Assembly: GCF_006345805.1 (NCBI RefSeq)
Contig: NC_043005.1
Coordinates: forward strand, 55,056,001 to 55,120,000
Length of the DNA: 64,000 bases
Origin: Octopus sinensis
Lineage: Eukaryota
Direction: 5' to 3'
The notes under the pieces were generated by a model. It saw only the letters and a list, made by a program, of their open reading frames with translations. It ran no database searches and had not been told where the DNA came from. The position numbers were made by a program, and so were the translations under genes. The stretch's first letter is position 1; the number at the start of each line of letters is the position of its first letter. Below are positions 55,231 to 64,000 of the stretch, in pieces.

Positions 55231-55450
55231 CCCTTTCGTTACTGTATTTATTTTGAGATGCTTTGTGTTTCTTTCAATTACTTTAAATATGATAAAGAAG
55301 TTAGTAAAATAACTTAGTTATCATTAAGCTAGTGTTAGGAACATGAATTGTGACTAAGGTTTGGTGGAAGATTTTAATTGAAAACTTATGAAAACAAAAC
55401 ATTTGTACTCAGAATCAGAGCTGGTTTCAGCCGGGCTGGTAACGAAAGGG
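55231..55450 (-). mobile_element. piggyBac-type MITE, family 1
   Basis: Perfect 12-bp TIR; TTAA at 55227-55230 and 55451-55454. Confidence 0.93.
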
Positions 55451-55920
55451 TTAAACATTTCTCATACACACTCCTCTTTTTCACAAGCAATGTTCTCAAA
55501 TATAAACTGATATATAGTAGTTGTTTTCATGATGCTATATCTTTAAACTTCTCTCAGCTCTTATCTATGTTGATCTTTACTTAGTTCATTCAAACTTAGT
55601 TATATATAGCAGTTTTGTAGGCTCTTAAAGTGTACACTCCTTAAAGTGGTTAAGTTGTGAATTCTACTCAGCTACATTGAAAAGGAATATAACTTCCTGA
55701 AAATGAAACACAAGGTATAATGCTGCTGGTATTGACAGTAGAGGACTGAGTTATAACTTTGTAAGATAAGTAGCTGCAGGGACTTTTGTGGCAGAGATGG
55801 AATAGACCATGGACATAATTTTCCTTCCAATTCAAGAAGCTCCCATTTCATATTTGGGTTTCCTTTATCGAGTATATTAAGAAACATCAAGACCAGTCTC
55901 TTAAAAGTAGTCTGTTCATA

Positions 55921-55957
<37 letters not shown>

Positions 55958-56794
55958 TCATTGGTGGCCAGGCAGAAGACTGCACCATATTTCTGTGTCT
56001 GTTTTGGCATGGGTTGTGCTGGTGCCACATAAAAAGCATTCAGCCCACTCTCTGGGGTGGTCGGTGTTATGAAGGGCATCCAGCCATAAAAACCATGCAC
56101 ATACATATAGTGCACTGAATTCTATAGTAGACATCAAGAATAACCTGCACAAATTAACCCTTTGAGATAGGATTAAGTGAGCTTATTGTTTAAATATTGT
56201 TTAAGGTGAAGAACTGTAATCAAAGCTGTTTCCCTTCATTTGTAATATATATTCAGACGAACCTTGGCTTTTAGCCATGTGGTTTAAGGTTCCATCTCAC
56301 CACATGGCACTTTGGGCAAGTAAGTGCCTTCTATTTTAACTTTGGGCTGGCAAATACTTTGAGAGTGAAATTGGTAGATAGAAGCCTGTTGTGTATGTGT
56401 GTGTGTGTGTGTGTGTGCGCGTGTGTGTGTGTGTATGAATATTTTTGTATTTAAATATCTTTGTGTGTCTTCGGCATGGACAGCTGTGTGTTATTTATTT
56501 CTTGTATGAGCCCGAATTCCATTTTCAACAAAGAAGAAAAAGCCAATTGCAGATTTGATGCCGATTGGTCTAAAACACCTGTTTCTCCAAATTGCTCAGC
56601 AACATTGATGTGTCAAGATCAGAAGAATAAAGATGCTTATAAACTTGGTAAGATTTGATACCAGGAAGGGCATTTGGCTGTAAAATTCAACATTCATAAG
56701 CCTTGGTCTAACATGAACAAAAGAAAAGAAAAAAAAAAAGACAAGTAAAATTGCGGTTGATGTCATTGCACATACTTTTCTGTATTTATATATT

Positions 56795-57016
56795 CACTTT
56801 AGCATTTAAACCAGGCCATATCCAGCCAAAATATTCTATCTGTGTTATGTTCAAAATGGTCAGATCAAGCCTTTCACACCTGCCCTACAATTTTATTCAA
56901 AGCATATGCAATCACATCATCAAAATCTCAAAGTTACAAAATGATAAATAATTAAATGAAAATAATGTAAATAAACAAGCATTACATTTAACAGAATAAT
57001 CTGAATGCTAAAAAGG
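56795..57016 (-). mobile_element. piggyBac-type MITE, family 2 (degenerate)
   Basis: ctttagcatt...aatgctaaaaagg-TTAA termini; interior resembles the reverse complement of 22862-23069. Confidence 0.7.
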
Positions 57017-58090
57017 TTAAAATTTAAAAAACTGAATCCTGAAGAAGATAATTTCTAGCAGATGGAGGGTAACTAAAATAATGATTCTAACTCCAAGGCA
57101 GCTATGGTTGAGCTCATCTAATGCATTCCATCCATGACTGTCTCGTCTCTTATTCAAATATTCAGGACCATATTATGCAATGTGTCATTGTTTTTTTAAG
57201 ACAGAATATGATTGGAAAGAGATGTAGCTGTTATTTCTAGCATAAGAGCTGAAATATTTTATGATCACAGATGCAATTATCTTAAATTATTTATAAATCA
57301 GATAATATTGCCTATTTGATGCTTGTTGTGAATGAACATAACTGCAATTTAAAACTAAAACTTTATACTGCGAATGTTCTAACAGTATATGATATGTTAA
57401 ATAAAGCTGGATATTTATTTACTAAGAAACTTCTGAAAAAGCAACTGTTTAAAAGGGGAAGAAAAAGTTATTTTTCTTCTTTTGTTTAGTGGTTATTGAT
57501 ACAAAGTGTTTTTACTTTCTAACATCATTAGTTTTTTAGAGACCAGTATGGACATTTGAGCAATCGGTCTCAAACAAACCAGACCCCCAGCACACACATA
57601 CACACACATATCCATATCCAAAATACATGCATTCACTATATATGCATTACGTTCACTATATATTTGAAGATGTGAATGAACTATAATAATTTTAGTGTAT
57701 ATGTTTCATCAATATATATGTATCCAGGTATGAAACCTTATGATTTGGTTGGTGAATGTGAGGTATAGTGGTATCATTGCTCAAAGTTTCTGAGAGCAAT
57801 AACATAGGACTGGAAGTAACTGTAAAATAGTACGAATAGTAACTCCAAAGAAGATAGAACCATAACCTGTACTTGTGGCATTTGCAGAACAGTAACAAAG
57901 AAATGACACATGCATTGACATTGTTTAATATATATCCAATGGAATACATCTCTAAATTCTTATCGTATGAGAATATTATTGGATTTATTTATTAACTGTT
58001 GAATAACTCATTTGAAATACCTAACTGAGAGCAAACTAGTTAATGTTTGGAGTAATCCCTTACTATTTACAAATATATATACACACGTGT

Positions 58091-58130
<40 letters not shown>

Positions 58131-59501
58131 GAGACTACTGTGGAATGCAGCATCACTTATGCTTATGGGAATCAGTCAACTGGTGTCACGTGAAAGAAGA
58201 TATTGGGATTCCCACCATAGCTGATGCTTTGAAAGTAGAAAAAAATAATAAAAATGTTTCTATATAATCAATATAAAAAAATACAAAAAATAAAATGTTG
58301 GTTCCAATAATGATATTCAGAAAGATAAGTCGGGCTCAGAATAACCATTTAATAAATGAAAAAAAGAGGTAAAGAAAAATGCGTTTTAAATGTAATCTTG
58401 TAGTAAAGCTTATTTGTAAATATTCAAAAATTGATTGATAAACTCATTGATTCTTTCATCTATTGTCACTTCAGAAGACTAAGTTGCTACTCATTTGCAG
58501 CTGTATAACGATGGATAAATGTTTTATCTAAAACTAGATCATATTATGAAATGGATTCTTAGCCCATATGAAAATTGAATATTATACATGAGAGTAGATT
58601 AAGTGTATGTAGTGCTCTTAGCAAAATGTTACATTTTTATTTCATTTTAATTGAAAAACAGATTAAATATAGGAAGATAGAAACTAGTCTTCTACTATAC
58701 CTACAAGCCATCATCAAGACATTTGCTATATTTTATTTATCATCTTTTTGTTTTTTGTTTTTGTTTTGTCTAAAAAGTTTATCTATTTATATTTTGCCTA
58801 TATAGATTTAGAAATTTCATCCTTGTTTGTATTAACATTAGAAATGATATTTGGTTTATCTAGTGAACAACGCTGACACTGATTATAAAGATCATAATTG
58901 GTAAAGAAATTGCAGTGTTCTTAGAGGAATTTTGAGATGATCTAACGACAACAAATTAAAATATTATTTGATAATTATCTTAACTATTACTACAGAGCTC
59001 CGTTATTAGTGGATGGATGAAGATTGCTTAGCTTTTTTAAAAAACAAAAACAAAAAAATAGTCATCTCTTTTTTTCCATAAATAACTGTTCATTTATTTA
59101 GCTATATAGCTAGATAGTGTATATATTTATAAGATCAATATCACTAAAATTAGAAAAGGCTGTTGCTGGGGCAAAAATAATTCACTTGCTATATTTGACT
59201 GGCACTGCTCCATAAGAATACCATTTGTTTTGAAATTTACAAAACTACTTAGAGTTTATTTTGAATATGTATTTCATTGATTAAAAAGATATTAGACATT
59301 CTTAGAAGATATTTCAATATGTATGGGACAGGGGTGAATTGTGGAGAAAAATATTCATTTAACGACCTTGAAAAAGTAATTTGCAAGTAAGAATACTTTA
59401 TATTTGAACTGAAATTTTTATAATATTCAGAATACTACTTCTTTGCATTGTAAATTGTATAAATGGTATTTTTTATCATTATTATTTTTATTTATTTTTA
59501 G

Positions 59502-59814
59502 GAGAGCTGCAATAGCTGAGGGGTTTAGTGATTCCTATTCTACTACTGACATTACTATTATGTGTCCATTTAGCTCTTAGTTGGTGCCGCAAGTTGTATA
59601 ATTAATTCACTGCTGCAGGGCAGAATCGGCACTTCTTTTTAGCTTGCTGTACTCAACTGAGCTAATTACCACCCACAGGAAAAGCTACCTGCAATAGACA
59701 GCCTTCTGGTTCTCTTTTATCAGCTATCAGTTCTTGTAAATTCTGAAAATGAACAGTCATTTAGTATTTTCTTTACAGTGTCTACTAAACCTTAGCAAAC
59801 AAAGCCTATTATAA
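59502..59814 (+). other. Putative non-coding exon or conserved structured segment
   Basis: tttatttttag| acceptor at 59501, second acceptor ttttctttacag| at 59778, donor taa|gtaagc at 59815. More GC-rich than its flanks; stops in all frames. Confidence 0.3.
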
Positions 59815-61310
59815 GTAAGCATACAAAGAATAAATCAGTCTTAGACTTGAAAATGGTTTTAGCTTATTTTTGTTTGTTTACCAATTCTGATGATTTTAGA
59901 ATTTAATCTAATTAGATTTAGAAATATTTCAAAATAATCCCTTATGTGTGTTAAAAACGTCTAAACAGTTAGATAAAAAAAATCAAGCTCTTAGATTAAT
60001 ATTAAAACATAAAGAGACAATTTATGATATTTATAACATCGATTGTTGTTACTAACATACATAAAGATATAATCTGTTCTAGTTTTGCATTATACACTAT
60101 TTAAATGTGAGCTTAAATGATATTTATGAAAATATATAGTGCAAGTTTTCTTTTATCTGTTGTATCTAAATTCCTTTGGGTTAATTTAGATCTGCATAAT
60201 TTCCTCCTGTTTATTTTTAAAATCAATTTTTGTAACTGATTCCACACATTAATCTATTCTGCTCTGATTTCTTTATATTTTCTCCTTGTTTGCAATAAAT
60301 TATTGCCAATTTAATTAAAATAGATTTCAAACATAATTTTAAATAAATAATGAAAAATATGGAAATGCGTTCAGATATTTTTGTTTTGTGTAAAGTACCT
60401 ATCAACTTTTGGAAGTTAGGTAGCATTTTATTCAAGTTTATCTTTTAATTTAATTCAACTAAATTTAGAATGAAGGGGGGAAAATAAAGAAAACAAAAAT
60501 TTGATGTAATCAAGCAAAGTGAATAATTCAATTAAACAATTTATTGCCTTAGATTGTAACTAATTAGGTGGTTTTAAAATAGTTATTGAGTATATTCATA
60601 CTGAGTAACAGAGAATAATTATTTCAGTTTTCAGCAAGGGAGTTGTAGATTAATCAAGAGAGACAGATAAAGAGGGAGAAATGAACCCTATATAACATGC
60701 AAAATGTTAGTTAATCTTACTACAAGCTGTAAAAATTAACCAAGCGTGGTGCCAGTGGTAGTGAGTTCCACAACTCTGTAAGTTTCTGAAGTGTAACTGA
60801 AATTTTATCTTCATGTAGTATACTCAGGGCAAGCCAGTCTGGCAGAGTATATACCAATACACTCTATCAGAGTGTAGTTCTTGCATGAAGTACATGGTGG
60901 ATTCATTAATATTACAGTACTCCCATTACTTCCAACAATAAGCTTTACATTATGTTGAGAATTCTTTAAAGCATGCTATTAATTCTATTAGCTGTATATT
61001 TCCTACTCTTAAGTGTGTGAGAACTAACTAGCCCTTTTCTATATGAGACTTGCCTATTGCAAATGAACTGGTACCTGTTTAACTAAACTAAGCTATACGG
61101 CTATGTCTAACAACACAAACCCTTCAGTGCAATGCAAACTTAGACGCAATGCAATGCAAACAGTCTGAAAGCATTTCTGATACAAGCTCTCATCAATGGT
61201 GAATTTATATAACTGTTTGAAATTATTGAGCAAATTGTTGTAATATTATATATTGTTAAATATATAAATATCTGAAACAAGTTGTTATTGTTAATAAAAT
61301 TACATTTTGG

Positions 61311-61726
61311 ACTCTCTTTTACTCTCTTTTACTTGTTTCAGTCATTTGACTGCGGCCATGCTGGAGCACCGCCTTTAGTCGAGCAACTCGACCCCGGGAC
61401 TTATTCTTTTTGTAAGCCCAGTACTTATTCTATCGGTCTCTTTTTGCCGAACTGCTAAGTGACGGGGACGTAAACACACCAGCATCGGTTGTCAAGCAAT
61501 GCTTGGGGAACAAACACAGACACACAAACACACATACATATATATATATATATGCATATATACGACAGGCTTCTTTCAGTTTCCGTCTACCAAATCCACT
61601 TACAAGGCATTGGTCGGCCCGGAGCTATAGCAGAAGACACTTGCCCAAGATGCCACGCAGTGGGACTGAACCCGGAGCCATGTGGTTGGTTAGCAAGCTA
61701 CTTTCCACACAGCTACTCCTGCGCCT
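61311..61726 (-). mobile_element. Family B SINE (young, full length)
   Basis: Near-identical to 47637-48047. Confidence 0.92.
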
Positions 61727-62414
61727 ATCGTTCACATCGTTTATCGTTTTTAGAAATGAGTGAATTTTTCAAAATTTACGTATATACTCTATAATTTTGC
61801 TACTCAGAGGTATAAAATACTGAGTATTAGTGATTGCAAATCAAAGCAAAAGATCTGTATTTGTTTAATTTTCTTTCTTATTTTTGGTAATATTTTGAAT
61901 ATTTGGGAGAAAGAGCTGGCTGCTTTCTACTTAATTTAATTGGTTTTATTTTATTTTTTGTATACTTAAAAAACAGTCTTTCTCTAGTATTCTAAACTGT
62001 ATCAGAATACCACCTTTCAATTAATGCTTAATCATGTAATGTAGATAGAATTCATTAGATGATGATGATGATCATTATCATCATCATCATCATCTTTGAT
62101 GTTTTGAACTTTTTTTTTTTTTTTGTTTTTTTTATTTCTGTGAGTAGCGGTGTGACCAGTACAATTGTACTCATGACCTTCTTTCTCTCAGCCTATCTAT
62201 CATTTATCTATCACATGTTTGATATTGATTTTATAAGTATTCCATTTTTAAATTTCCTCATTACACAAATTCTCTCCCATGAATAAATGTAATTATCACT
62301 TGAAGAATTTTTGTTGAAATGCACTATTTAAATAACTCATTTTTGCCCCTTGACAAATACTGGTGATTTCATATTAATTAATAATTAGTTCAGTAGACTT
62401 AATAATATACGTAA

Positions 62415-62548
62415 TATCTTACTTTAATTTTTTTTTTTTTTTTTTTTTCTTTAGGTAAGTCGAGAACTTTTCAAGATTCATAGCTTAAATGGATTACGTA
62501 ACTTCTCAAAATGTTTTGTTTTGGAGATCATGCCTTGTGAAGGTAAGG
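62415..62548 (+). other. Candidate recursive splice site 2 with 88-nt RS-exon (62455-62542)
   Basis: ttaat-T-tract-cttTAG|GTAAGT at 62454/62455; downstream donor GAAG|GTAAGG at 62543. Confidence 0.6.
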
Positions 62549-62979
62549 AGGTCCTTTCTGCCTCTGTCAAACATTCAATACTGTCTCACATTTACAATAT
62601 TACATACACTATCTTCTAGATTATCTTAACATAGTTATATGCTTTATATATGTTAATGACTTTTGAAATTATTAATAAAAATTAGAAAAGAAAATTTCCT
62701 TGTTTTGTGTTTTTGCAGTCATGAATATCTTGGTGACTGACAGGCTCACACCTGATATTAAAATAAGAAGCTTTTCAAATCAAAAATAGCATTATAAATA
62801 TAAAACTTCTACTTTTTTTTGTGTTAGAATACATATGTGCTCTATTTTTACTATTTCTCAGCCATCAATGCAAACAATGTGAATATGTTATTTCCATATA
62901 CTTTCTCTATGTGTTTCTTATAAAAGCCATCGTTTTGTGTAACTTTGAGAAAGTGTGTGAATCGTAACATAATCACCAT

Positions 62980-64000
62980 AAAAGTTGAAATGCTGGTGAC
63001 AAAAAATAAAAGAAGAAAGAAAGCTGAGAAGTAGTTTTATTATGAAAAACATATTAGGCAGAGTTGTATGGTGGCAGGGTGGGATAAGGGGCACCAAGTC
63101 ATATATAAGAAAACTCTTCCTTTAGTGAATACTATCAAAAAGTCAGACATAGTTTTATACACTGGAGAAGTTACAGTAAACAAAGCTATAAAGAAGATGA
63201 AAATGGTAAAGCCATTGGCAGGGCCATTAACTGGCATTGTTAAATTGGACCAAAAAAGAAAATAGAAAAACAACACCTTCAGGATAGGTAAACTTGGAGC
63301 TGATCATTGAAGCAAGTAATTCACGAGGGTGTTATCCCCAATGTCTGTCAAGTTGCTTTCATTATAAATTTATAATAGTAAGAATTATACTCTAGAGCAG
63401 TGGTTCTCAACTGGAGGCCCCTGAGGGTCCATATAAGATTTTTGGGGGTCTATGCAACAAAATAGTAAATTGTGGATCCACAGTAGTTTTTTGAGGGCCC
63501 CTGAAAAAATTTTGCGTTAAATATATGTATTGGTATGTGCTGCAAAAAACAGGTCCCTTTCTCTAACATTTTACATAGATTAACCTACACAAGTTAATGT
63601 GTGAAAAACAAAATAGAATTTTGGAAGAAGTTTCTATAAAACAACTTTTTAAACATTAAATGGTTATGGGGATCCACCAGAATAAAATAGTAATCAAAGT
63701 GGTCCATGGATAAAAAATGCTTGAGAATCCCTGCACTAGAGAGTGTGAGGGTGATGTAAGAAATGATTGAGTAATGAAGGCAGTAAAACAGTTAGTTCTT
63801 AGTGGAACTTGTTTAAGCCAATTAATAAAAACTACATGCAGGTTTCTTTGAGACGAAGAATACAGATGCATTGTTCTTTGCAAAATGGATGCAACATAAA
63901 TAGTTGGTGTTGAGGACAAAATTAATCCTTCTTTGGTTTAATTTAAATGTCTGACACAGTTGTTTTAAGTGGTAGTCATAGAAAAATTACAGGTAAAAAT
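62980..64000 (+). mobile_element. Degenerate RTE-clade LINE ORF2 fragment (pre-RT linker and RT start), running off the window
   Basis: Manual translation gives NKAIKKMK-GKA-GP-TGIV, KQVIHEGVIPN and, after the MITE, GFFETKNTDALFFAKWMQHK*L. These parallel the RTE motifs AIKxMKxGKAAGPSGIV, NQVIxEGVIPxDW and MQFGFxxGRxTTDAIFxxRQLQEKYL. Confidence 0.8.
63398..63733. mobile_element. hAT (Charlie-like) MITE
   Basis: TIR cagtggttctcaa/ttgagaatccctg; 8-bp TSD ctctagag (63390-63397) and cactagag (63734-63741), matching the NTCTAGAN preference of Charlie-type hAT elements. Confidence 0.88.

Noticed and set aside
59572-59596. Resemblance to miR-252 (agtgccgcag-like 3' part)
   Set aside because: Seed region does not match.
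61125-61165. tgcaatgca repeats resembling the miR-33 complement
   Set aside because: Only a short repeated motif matches; no full mature sequence or hairpin.
40697-61726. tRNA genes
   Set aside because: The A/B-box motifs belong to SINE heads and do not form a complete cloverleaf.

Overview
AT-rich eukaryotic genomic DNA. The repeat complement (tRNA-derived SINEs, TTAA-flanked MITEs, very long TA/TATG microsatellites) looks like an octopus or other coleoid cephalopod genome; this is an inference from repeat content. No intact protein-coding gene is identifiable and no gene symbol can be assigned. The long ORFs in the track are translations of microsatellites. A CpG-rich segment (~14.4-17.3 kb) looks like a bidirectional promoter. 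A putative minus-strand transcript has a first exon ending ATG-CCG-CCA|GTAAG and a 121-nt exon present twice in an apparently identical 725-bp tandem duplication. A putative plus-strand transcript has a uORF-laden first exon ending GAG|GTAAGT at 15184, followed by a very long, repeat-filled intron region that appears to run to about 62.4 kb. The most interesting signal is two polypyrimidine-YAG|GTAAG junctions (18838/18839 and 62454/62455). Each has a second 5' splice site 40-88 nt downstream, which is the architecture of recursive splice sites with RS-exons. Also present: head-to-tail SINE arrays, two piggyBac-type MITE families (one insertion proven by an empty site in sister repeat copies), a hAT MITE inside an RTE-clade LINE fossil, an RLE-type retroelement fossil, a ~10 kb strand-skewed microsatellite, and several candidate RNA hairpins.
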